DNA of 64,000 nucleotides from an uncultured Bilophila sp. (GTDB lineage Bacteria; Desulfobacterota; Desulfovibrionia; Desulfovibrionales; Desulfovibrionaceae): NCBI RefSeq assembly GCF_902373525.1, contig NZ_CABKMN010000005.1; one strand, 5' to 3'. Shown piece by piece: positions 29,301 to 36,906 of this stretch (position 1 is its first letter; each line of letters starts with the position of its first letter). The notes under the pieces were generated by a model. It saw only the letters and a program-made list of their open reading frames with translations, ran no database searches and was not told where the DNA came from. The position numbers and the translations under genes were made by a program.

Positions 29301-29525
29301 TCATCGCTGGTTCCTGTAACGGCGATCGCGTTTGGCGCTTTCCAGCGTTTCTATGGAGCGGGAAGCAAAGAACTCGTCAAGGTCTGCCTTGTCATAAATG
29401 ACGCGGGTGCCGAGTTTGGCGTAGCGAGGCCCTTTATGCTTGCAGCGCCAGACTTCAAGAGTGTTGGGCTGGATGCCGAGATAGGCAGCCGCTTCCTGAG
29501 TATTGAGCTTTTGTTTGGGAGTCAT
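29301..29525 (-). CDS. alpA: AlpA-family phage transcriptional regulator / putative excisionase
   Basis: 74 aa. MTPKQKLNTQEAAAYLGIQPNTLEVWRCKHKGPRYAKLGTRVIYDKADLDEF is the classic AlpA/Xis HTH. Confidence 0.8.
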   Translation of the reverse strand: MTPKQKLNTQEAAAYLGIQPNTLEVWRCKHKGPRYAKLGTRVIYDKADLDEFFASRSIETLESAKRDRRYRNQR

Positions 29526-29771
29526 GGTTGTATCCTTCTTTCATGGGATTGCCCGCGTGAACTTATGTCAGGCGGTGTTTGAAGGAAGGATACCGGTCTT
29601 GAAAAAGAATAAAATTCTCGGTGCTGTGCCGGAGAAAAGAAAAAATCTCCGAGTTCTGTCAATCTCGGAGATTTTTATGTTTATTGAATAATTTCATATT
29701 ATTAAAAAATACTGAGTTGTGTGGGGTGCCGCAAAAAATATTTCACAGAGCTGAGAGATTAGAGCGGAAAT

Positions 29772-30854
29772 TCAGCTTTCGCTGTCGCGCCCTGGACTTG
29801 TTTGAGCGTACTCACCCAAGGCAAGACGAATTTCTTCCATAGCCCAGCCTGCCAACTCAAAGGGAGTATTGTTTTTGGCTTTTTTGGGGGTATGAAGTGC
29901 GTCCCGAACCGCAGGCTTGAGTTCGAGGAAGGAGTCAAGTTCCCGCAAAAATTCTTCCTGAATTCTGGTACGGGTGTACTTTGTTCCCGGCTTGGCCTCG
30001 GCAATGAGCCGATTCACCAGAGGATAGAAAATACGCCGGACAGGCAACTTGACGTTTTCCCAACTTTCCAAGCTCTTTTCTCTGCCGGAAAGGGTTCGCT
30101 TTTTATTTTGGTATTCAACTTTTTCAGCGAGTAATGCCTGATTTTGCTCCGTGAGTTCATTCATTTTTGTCTGCTGTACCGAGAATGCACCTTGTAGATT
30201 AGTAATGGTCTCTTCCAGATCACGGATACGCGCTGCATAGGCAGAAAGAGCTTCCTGTCCATATTTTTTCAGAAGATATTCATAATCCGCAGCGTCAAAA
30301 CACAGACGTTGTTGGCCGATATACGTGCTGAAAATATTCGCATCGCTAAGATTTGAGTCATACGCAAAAGCATACAGGCGCACGGGAACATTATATTGTT
30401 CCAGTTCAAGAAATGGTTCGGATGCTATAAAAATGGGAACTCCCTGCTTGCGAACAAAGTCTATCCTGTCTTCAGGAGTATGTATACCGATATGCTGCAT
30501 GGCCTGTTTGAATTCAATAACCTTGGGGAGAACAACTGGTTTTGACCATTGGAGCTTTGCGAATTGTCGAATGATAAGCAAGCCGACAACTCCACAAATG
30601 ATTCCAATAAAGATAAAATTGAGAAAGAATATCCCCTCACGCGATTCAATGAGAATGGTAAAAGCATTGACAGCCTGCTCAGAAATAGAGCCTTGTTTAT
30701 GTACTTCATGAACGTTCTTCAGAAATGTTTTCTTGTCCAACCAATCGAGAATAAATGCTATAACAGTAATGCTGATAATGTATGTGCAAAATACCGCACA
30801 TTTTTGTGCTATGCCACGCTGCAAAATGGTTAATTTTGTTAATGAAGGAAGCAT
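29772..30854 (-). CDS. Hypothetical membrane protein (2 N-terminal TM helices plus ~260-aa cytoplasmic coiled-coil domain), island cargo
   Basis: 360-aa ORF in the lowest-GC block of the island. TM helices CAVFCTYIISITVIAFILDWL and IFFLNFIFIGIICGVVGLLII. Heptad-rich segment DLEETITNLQGAFSVQQTKMNELTEQNQALLAEKVEYQNKKRTL. No recognisable family. Confidence 0.6.
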   Translation of the reverse strand: MLPSLTKLTILQRGIAQKCAVFCTYIISITVIAFILDWLDKKTFLKNVHEVHKQGSISEQAVNAFTILIESREGIFFLNFIFIGIICGVVGLLIIRQFAKLQWSKPVVLPKVIEFKQAMQHIGIHTPEDRIDFVRKQGVPIFIASEPFLELEQYNVPVRLYAFAYDSNLSDANIFSTYIGQQRLCFDAADYEYLLKKYGQEALSAYAARIRDLEETITNLQGAFSVQQTKMNELTEQNQALLAEKVEYQNKKRTLSGREKSLESWENVKLPVRRIFYPLVNRLIAEAKPGTKYTRTRIQEEFLRELDSFLELKPAVRDALHTPKKAKNNTPFELAGWAMEEIRLALGEYAQTSPGRDSES

Positions 30855-30859
30855 GTGTT

Positions 30860-31104
30860 ATTCCTGTTTACCTGTATCCAGTTCTTTTTTAATCTCTTCA
30901 ACGCTCGTTTTCCATTTTGAGCTTGCTGATAAGCAGCATGGTATGGCCCCACGGCAATTTTGCAACAACTTGCTGCAAAATTGTCGTGTAGGAGGGGCAA
31001 CTGTCGTTCAGGGCAATGGAGTGGACACCTGCCCAGAACCTGGCCAGCCACGCGGCAAAGGAATGACGCAGGTCATTATCAGGTTCACATTGACTGGTGA
31101 GCAT
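30860..31104 (-). pseudogene. Remnant of a second tyrosine integrase (C-terminal fragment)
   Basis: Minus-strand ORF 30898-31104 encodes ...DLRHSFAAWLARFWAGVHSIALNDS..., paralogous to the catalytic C-terminus of the intact integrase (LRHSFASWLASSGQVSMYELQKLL). DNA 31020-31080 aligns with 32395-32455. No N-terminal region present. Confidence 0.55.
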
Positions 31105-32110
31105 TGCCGTTGGCGATTCTTCTTCCCGCCGCTGTCAATCTGTATCTTTGTAAGGGACTGCGGGGCGCATCCGGTCTTGTTCGCTCAACAAGAGCGGCCT
31201 CCAGTGCGGGCGACAGGTAATTTTTGCGGAATGTGGGTGCATGGCGCAGCCCCAGATCATCCATCAGCTCAGCCGCGCTTTTTTCCCCTTGCCCAAGTGC
31301 CTCCAGTAAGCGTCTTACTTGATCGCTCACTTGGTCGCTTACTTGATCGCTTGGGATATCGGTCACGGCATCGTTCAGGGCCGCGAGCATAAACTCCACA
31401 AAGGCAGTTGCTTCTCCCTGTGCATCGGCACGACCAAGGCTGTCGTAATATTCGGTCTGCCTATTACGGACAATGGTTTCCACCGGCAGATAGGCAAAAA
31501 GAGGATTCCACTTGCTGAGGATGAGCGTTTGCCAGAGGCGTCCCATGCGACCGTTGCCATCCGCAAACGGATGGATGAATTCAAATTCGTAGTGAAAGAC
31601 GCAACTCGAAACCAGTGGATGCTCGTCCGTCTTTTCCAGCCAGCCAAAAAGTTTTTTCAGGTGTTCATGCACCAGGTGAGCGGGCGAGGCCATGTGTACG
31701 ACTCTGTTGCCCTGAAAAACGCCTACGCCGCCAGTGCGGAGACTGCCGGGCCTTTCCACAAGATCGCGCATGAGTACTGCGTGAGCCGACAGCATATCTT
31801 CCAGCTTGTGGGGTTGCCATGTATCCAGTCTTTCATAGGCGGACACTGCGCCGTGTACTTCCTGAATGTCACGGGGCGGCCCAATAACCGTCTTGCCGTT
31901 AATAATGTCCGTCACCTGTTCCAGACTGAGCGTATTGTTTTCAATGGCAAGAGATGCATGGATGGTACGAATACGATTTTCCCGCCGCAGATGCGGAGAC
32001 AGAAGATCCACGGCAAGTCCCCTGAGGGCGGCACGTGCGGCAAGCTATTCGCTGATGTTCGCCACACGTTTGAGGATGGCGCTGGTGATGGTGTATGGCG
32101 GATACGTCAT
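31085..32110 (-). pseudogene. Fic-family protein (HPFx[D/E]GNGR AMPylation motif) interrupted by an in-frame TAG
   Basis: Main ORF 31085-32011 has HPFADGNGRMGR. The true N-terminus (MTYPPYTITSAILKRVANISE, ATG at 32110 behind a GGGAGG RBS) is in frame but separated by an amber codon at 32045-32047. 12-nt x3 tandem repeat encoding (SDQV)3 at 31317-31352. Confidence 0.65.
31317..31352. repeat. 12-nt x3 imperfect tandem repeat inside the Fic gene (encodes SDQVSDQVSDQV)
   Basis: CTTGATCGCTCA / CTTGGTCGCTTA / CTTGATCGCTTG. Confidence 0.5.
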
Positions 32111-32201
32111 GCGGCGCATTCCTCCCTGTTCAGATATGTATCAAGGCAGGTTACAACAAGGTGAGCTTGATGCGGGTACAGGTGTTGGCTGCAAGGATGG
32201 T

Positions 32202-33431
32202 TCATGCGCCCTTTTCCCGGCCAGACCGTTTCGTTCTACGAATTTTTAGCGTATCCGGCCCGTTTTGAGAAGACGGCGCTTCGGGAGCATTTTGTATGGC
32301 TCCAAACAGAGAGCCTGCCACACCGGAAGCCTTTTTCAGCGCGTCATCATGCAAATGAGCGTAGCGTTGGGTCATCTGCGGACTGGAATGAGTCAGCAAT
32401 TTTTGCAGCTCGTACATGGACACCTGCCCGGAACTTGCCAGCCATGAGGCAAAAGAATGGCGCAACCCATGCAGGGGGCGAAATGATTCCGGCAATCCCG
32501 CCTTCTCTTTCACTCGCCTAAGCATGTCCGTAATGTTCCCCCTCGGTTTGTCGTCATAGCGACCGGGGAAAACGTAGGGACTTTTGGTCTGCGGCAGGGC
32601 AGTCAGGATAGCGCGAGCCTGGTCGTTCATGGGGATGGTTTCCGTTTTGCCTTTCTTGGCAACGGTCCCGCGCAATGTGATGAATCCCCGCTCAAAATCA
32701 AGGTCTTCCCATTGCAGGTTGAGAAGGGCGCTGCGGCGCATCCCGGTGAACAGAGCCAGACGCACGAGAGATGCCAGCGTCTGGTCCGGCTCTTCGTCCA
32801 GCGCCTTCAACAGATTCTGGACCTGCTCATGGGTAAGATTCTCCGTAACCTTGTTGTCAACGGTGGGCATGGTGATGCGGAGAGTGCCGGGAATGAAGTC
32901 GACATATCCTTTCTGCAAGGCGAAATTCAGTATGCGTTTGACCAGAGTCAGAACGTGCTTGACGGTCTGCGGAGACTTGCCCGCTTTTTCCAGTTTGGCG
33001 CGGAGCTTGTCTATATCGTGGATGGTCAGTTCGGGAATGCTTTTCGATCCCAGAGAAGGAGCGATATGAAGGTTGAAGCGGATACGGTCATCCTTGATGG
33101 AACGATTGGAGCTTTTGGCTTCCTCGAACAGGCTCCACAATCTGTTGAAATTGTATCGTGATTCCTCAGCCATCTTTGCTGCGCGAACGGCAATACGCTT
33201 TTCCTCGTTGGAGGCGTCTTTGCCTTCCATACGGAGTCCACGGATGCTGGAGGCTTTGGCGGCGGTCATGTTGTCGCGGTATTGTCCGCCGACTTTTTCC
33301 TCGATGAGCTTTCCCTGCTTGCGGTATCGAATGTAATAGACCTTTTCCAACCCATGCCCTGTTGAACGTGGAACTTCAACAAAATACACTCCCGCATAGC
33401 CTACGACCGACTGTCTTTTTCTGCTTGCCAT
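32202..33431 (-). CDS. int: Tyrosine-type site-specific integrase (P4-like, tRNA-targeting)
   Basis: Catalytic region HGLRHSFASWLASSGQVSMYELQKLLTHSSPQMTQRYAHL (R...HxxR...Y). N-terminal arm-binding-like domain (VYFVEV...KVYYIRYRKQGK). ATG at 33431 with AAAGAGG RBS; alternative ATG at 33467. Adjacent to attR. Confidence 0.85.
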   Translation of the reverse strand: MASRKRQSVVGYAGVYFVEVPRSTGHGLEKVYYIRYRKQGKLIEEKVGGQYRDNMTAAKASSIRGLRMEGKDASNEEKRIAVRAAKMAEESRYNFNRLWSLFEEAKSSNRSIKDDRIRFNLHIAPSLGSKSIPELTIHDIDKLRAKLEKAGKSPQTVKHVLTLVKRILNFALQKGYVDFIPGTLRITMPTVDNKVTENLTHEQVQNLLKALDEEPDQTLASLVRLALFTGMRRSALLNLQWEDLDFERGFITLRGTVAKKGKTETIPMNDQARAILTALPQTKSPYVFPGRYDDKPRGNITDMLRRVKEKAGLPESFRPLHGLRHSFASWLASSGQVSMYELQKLLTHSSPQMTQRYAHLHDDALKKASGVAGSLFGAIQNAPEAPSSQNGPDTLKIRRTKRSGREKGA

Positions 33432-33526
33432 ATTGCCTTTGACCTCTTTTGGTGTGTTCTGCCCCACATATACGGGATAGAATGGGCTTTAATCCGTTGA
33501 TAACGGCGGAAATAGCCGTTTTCATA

Positions 33527-33547
33527 TGCCCCACACTATGCCCCACA
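33527..33547. promoter_or_regulatory. Putative integrase arm-type binding sites, right end
   Basis: Tandem ATGCCCCACA x2 (33527-33535 and 33539-33547) between the integrase start and attR. Confidence 0.4.
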
Positions 33548-33661
33548 AACGGCATAAAGTCCAATCGAAGTCGGCGGCTTTTTGGCAGGAGAAAAATGAA
33601 ATAACTATATGAAATATATAATTTAGTAAGAGTGGGGTAAAGTCGGTCAAAATTACAGTCA

Positions 33662-33709
33662 CGGCCTTTCACGCCGTCAACAGCGGTTCAAATCCCCTTG
33701 GGGACGCCA
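33662..33709 (+). repeat. attR, duplicated partial tRNA-Glu 3' end
   Basis: CGGCCTTTCACGCCGTCAACAGCGGTTCAAATCCCCTTGGGGACGCCA. One mismatch versus attL. No 5' half of a tRNA precedes it. Confidence 0.75.
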
Positions 33710-34079
33710 ACAGGAAACTGTAGGCGCATCACTTTACCCTGAAAATCAGGGTCTTGTGGTGCGCCTTTTGTATTATAAGCACCCTCCGCTTGTAAAACCC
33801 TCCCTTTCCGCTCCCAAGCCATTCCGCCCTCTCCACGTTTGCTGTTTCATACGGCCTTCCGGGGATATCTTCTCTATACCGGCTGGATTCCGCTCCGTTT
33901 TCTCAAGTGATACTCATCGTACATCTTCACGTTTGCCTGTACAATCCGTTCTGATTTCGGCTGTTCCGTTTCGAGTGCCGATATGATCCGGCATGAGCAG
34001 GCTTTCTTCCGCTCCTTGCGGATGAAAAGACGGATTTTGAAGACGTTTCCTCCAGCGATGCGTTCCTCCCGGAGACTCC

Positions 34080-35801
34080 ATGCGTACATTTTCTCGGGAT
34101 TTCTTGTTTCGGCGGCGGTTGTCCGAACGTCCGTCCCGGTACGGCATACCGGGTACGGCGACGGCGGTCCTGCGTGCGGCAGCCGGGACGATGCTCTGCG
34201 TCCTTTTTCTGTCCGGTTGCATGAAGGTCGGTCCCGATTTTGCTCCGCCCCCGCAATCTCTCCCGGAGCAGTGGTCGGAAGCCGATCTCCGGCACGCTTT
34301 CCGTGGCGACGCGCCGTCCGCCGAATGGTGGACGCAATTCCATGATCCGGCCTTGTCGGCCCTGATTCTGCGGGCCCGGCGTGAAAGCCCGACCGTGGAA
34401 ACGGCCCTGTTGCGTGTGGCGCAGGCCCGCGCGCTGTACGGACAGGCCCTCGGTCAGCTCTTCCCGCAACAGCAGGCCCTGACCGGCGAGTACGAATGGT
34501 CCCATCCGAGCCGCCGGTCGCCCGATGCGGCGCAGCCCGGCGAACCTTCCGGCCCCTCTTCGGTGCAGGAGATCAACGTAGGCATGCAAATGAGCTGGGA
34601 ACTGGATTTCTGGGGCAAGTACCGCCGCGGAGCCGAAGCCGCCCACGATACCCTGATGGCGGCTCAGGCCGCCCACGAGCTGGCGCTGGTCACGCTGAGC
34701 GCGGACGTGGCCCAACAGTATCTGAACTATCGGACCTTGCAGGAACGGATACGCATCGCCGAAAAAAACAATCGGGCCCAGCAGGAAGCCGTACGTCTCA
34801 CCGAGGTTCGTTTCCGGCACGGTGCGGTCAGCGAACGCGACTACGCGCAGGCCCTCGCCCAGCAGAAAAGTACGGAGGCCGACCTTCCGGCACTGCGCGG
34901 GCAACTCAAGATCGCCCGCAACGCCCTGTGCGTCCTGCTCGGACAGGCTCCCGGACCGCTGGCCGAACTGGAGGGAAGCGGCATCCCCCGCGTGGACGGG
35001 ACCATCGCCGTGGGCATTCCTTCCGACGTCATCCGGCGCAGGCCGGACGTACGCAGGGCCGAGCTGCTCGCCGCCTCCCAGTGCGCGCAGATCGGCGTGC
35101 GCAAGGCCGACCTGTTCCCTTCCTTCTCGCTGGGCGGCTTCATCGGTTTTCAGGGCAGCAACGTGGGCGCCTTCACGCTGGGCCAGACGTGGGACCACGG
35201 ATTCACGGCCAACGCCGGCCCGTCCGCGCTTTTCCCCTTCCTAAACTATGGCCGCCTGTTGAACGCCGTGCGTGCGCAGGACGCCGTTTTCCAGCAGGCG
35301 CTGACGTCGTACCGGCAGACCGTGCTTACGGCGCTGGAAGAGGCGGAAAACGCCATGACGTCCCTGCTCCGCGCTCAGGAGCGTCTTGTCGCGCTGGAAC
35401 AGGCCCGGGACGCGGCGGATCGCGCGGTCCGGCTCACGCTCCGGCAATATCTGGCCGGAAGCGTGGACTTTACCAGCGTCGTTCTGGCCCAGTCCTCCCT
35501 GTACGAACAGGAAAACGCCGTGGCCGTAACTACGGGAGAAACGGCCCGGCAAACCGTGCAGTTGTTCCGCGCGCTCGGCGGCGGCTGGAAACCGGAAGCC
35601 GGGCTTCCCCCGCAAACGGCGGAGGACATGAAGCGGCGTACGGCCTGGGGCGGCCTGCTTGACGAAGCGCCCATGCGGCTCCCTCCCCGGCAGGCCGCAA
35701 CAGTCCCCCATCCCGTTGATCCGTCGTCCGCAACCGCCCCGGCGGTTCCGGCAGCCGCGCCCTCCGGCCCTTCCCCTCTTCCCGCAACGCTTTCGAGGTG
35801 A
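34080..35801 (+). CDS. RND efflux outer-membrane factor lipoprotein (NodT/OprM family)
   Basis: GGAG RBS then ATG. Lipobox LFLSGC. 573 aa with the two OEP repeats typical of NodT-family channels. C-terminal Pro/Ala-rich tail. Confidence 0.85.
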   Translation: MRTFSRDFLFRRRLSERPSRYGIPGTATAVLRAAAGTMLCVLFLSGCMKVGPDFAPPPQSLPEQWSEADLRHAFRGDAPSAEWWTQFHDPALSALILRARRESPTVETALLRVAQARALYGQALGQLFPQQQALTGEYEWSHPSRRSPDAAQPGEPSGPSSVQEINVGMQMSWELDFWGKYRRGAEAAHDTLMAAQAAHELALVTLSADVAQQYLNYRTLQERIRIAEKNNRAQQEAVRLTEVRFRHGAVSERDYAQALAQQKSTEADLPALRGQLKIARNALCVLLGQAPGPLAELEGSGIPRVDGTIAVGIPSDVIRRRPDVRRAELLAASQCAQIGVRKADLFPSFSLGGFIGFQGSNVGAFTLGQTWDHGFTANAGPSALFPFLNYGRLLNAVRAQDAVFQQALTSYRQTVLTALEEAENAMTSLLRAQERLVALEQARDAADRAVRLTLRQYLAGSVDFTSVVLAQSSLYEQENAVAVTTGETARQTVQLFRALGGGWKPEAGLPPQTAEDMKRRTAWGGLLDEAPMRLPPRQAATVPHPVDPSSATAPAVPAAAPSGPSPLPATLSR

Positions 35802-35805
35802 TTCC

Positions 35806-36894
35806 ATGCGCATGCCCGCGTTCCCTTCCCATACGGCGATCCTCCTTTTCCTGCTGTTTCCCGTAGGCCTTGCCGGGTGCGACAAGCCGGTATCCCAAAC
35901 GGAAGAACCGCCCCTAGTGCTCATCGCCCGACCCGAAACCCGGCCGGTGACGCTGTGGGAGGAAAGCTCCGGCACGGCGCAGTCGCCCAGAACGGTCGCC
36001 ATTACCCCGCAGGTGGAAGGAACGCTGAGTGAGGTGGCCTTTCAGGCCGGAAGCCTTGTCCGCAAGGGAGAGGTGCTGTTCGTCATCAATCCCGACGTGT
36101 TCCAAGCCCGGCTCGCGGCGGCGGAGGCGGAACTCGGCGTCAGGCGGGCATCCCGCAATCAGGCCCGCATCGAATACCGGCGCAATCTGGACATGTACCG
36201 GGAAAAGGCCGCGGCGCAGACGGACGTGGTACGCTGGCGGGAGCAGCTCTCCAGCGCGGAAGCGCTTGTACGGCAGGCCGAAGCGCAAGTGGCGCAAGCC
36301 CGCATCGAGCTGGGGTACACGACCATCAGAGCGCCGTTCACGGGACGGATCAGCAAGGCTTCCGTAGACGCGGGCAACGTGGTCGGCCCGAACGGCGGGC
36401 CGCTGGCCACTCTGGTGGCGACCGATCCCGTCTATGCCCTCTTTTCCGTGAATCCGACCCTGCGGCCTTTGCTCAGCCCGGACAAGCCCCTCATGCTGGG
36501 GATCGGGGACGGCCCCTTCGTCATTGAGGGCAAACTGGACTATATCGCCCCCGAAGTGGACGCCTCCACCGGAACGCTCCTCCTGCGCGGCGTGTTTCCC
36601 AACAGCCCCGAACGCCTGATCCCCGGACAGTACGTGCGCGTACGCATGAGCTCCGGTACGCTGGAACACGCGCTGCTCGTCCCCCGGCGCGCGCTCGCCT
36701 CGGGACAGGGCGGCCCCTACCTGTTCACCGTGGACGCTCAGGACCGGGTCCGGCGCGCGCCGGTTTCCACCGGCCCGCAGGCGGGGGAAGAGCAGGTCAT
36801 CCTCTCCGGCCTGTCGCCCGACGACCGCGTCATCGTCGAAGGCATGGCCCGGGTCCGTCCCGGACAGATCGTTACCCCCCGGACTTCAGACTAA
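35806..36894 (+). CDS. RND efflux periplasmic adaptor (membrane fusion protein, AcrA/MexA-like)
   Basis: GAGGTG RBS. Lipobox LAGC. Biotinyl-lipoyl-like hairpin plus coiled-coil (FQARLAAAEAELGVRRASRNQARIEY...) plus beta-barrel and MP domains. Confidence 0.85.
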   Translation: MRMPAFPSHTAILLFLLFPVGLAGCDKPVSQTEEPPLVLIARPETRPVTLWEESSGTAQSPRTVAITPQVEGTLSEVAFQAGSLVRKGEVLFVINPDVFQARLAAAEAELGVRRASRNQARIEYRRNLDMYREKAAAQTDVVRWREQLSSAEALVRQAEAQVAQARIELGYTTIRAPFTGRISKASVDAGNVVGPNGGPLATLVATDPVYALFSVNPTLRPLLSPDKPLMLGIGDGPFVIEGKLDYIAPEVDASTGTLLLRGVFPNSPERLIPGQYVRVRMSSGTLEHALLVPRRALASGQGGPYLFTVDAQDRVRRAPVSTGPQAGEEQVILSGLSPDDRVIVEGMARVRPGQIVTPRTSD

Positions 36895-36906
36895 GCGAGC
36901 GAGCCC

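Larger units (their letters stand above)
21809..33709. mobile_element. Integrative mobilizable genomic island (~11.9 kb) inserted in the 3' half of tRNA-Glu
   Basis: 48-bp direct repeat of the tRNA-Glu 3' half at 21809-21856 (attL, part of the intact tRNA) and 33662-33709 (attR, 47/48 identical). Interior GC is visibly lower (long AT-rich blocks 21860-24100 and 29580-31100). P4-type integrase is adjacent to attR. TGCCCCAC arm-type repeats lie near both ends. Mobility/replication genes inside (relaxase, iterons, primase-helicase, AlpA, serine recombinase). Confidence 0.8.

Noticed and set aside
33927-35198. 423-aa minus-strand ORF overlapping attR and the OMF gene
   Set aside because: Low-complexity shadow of the NodT-family OMF gene
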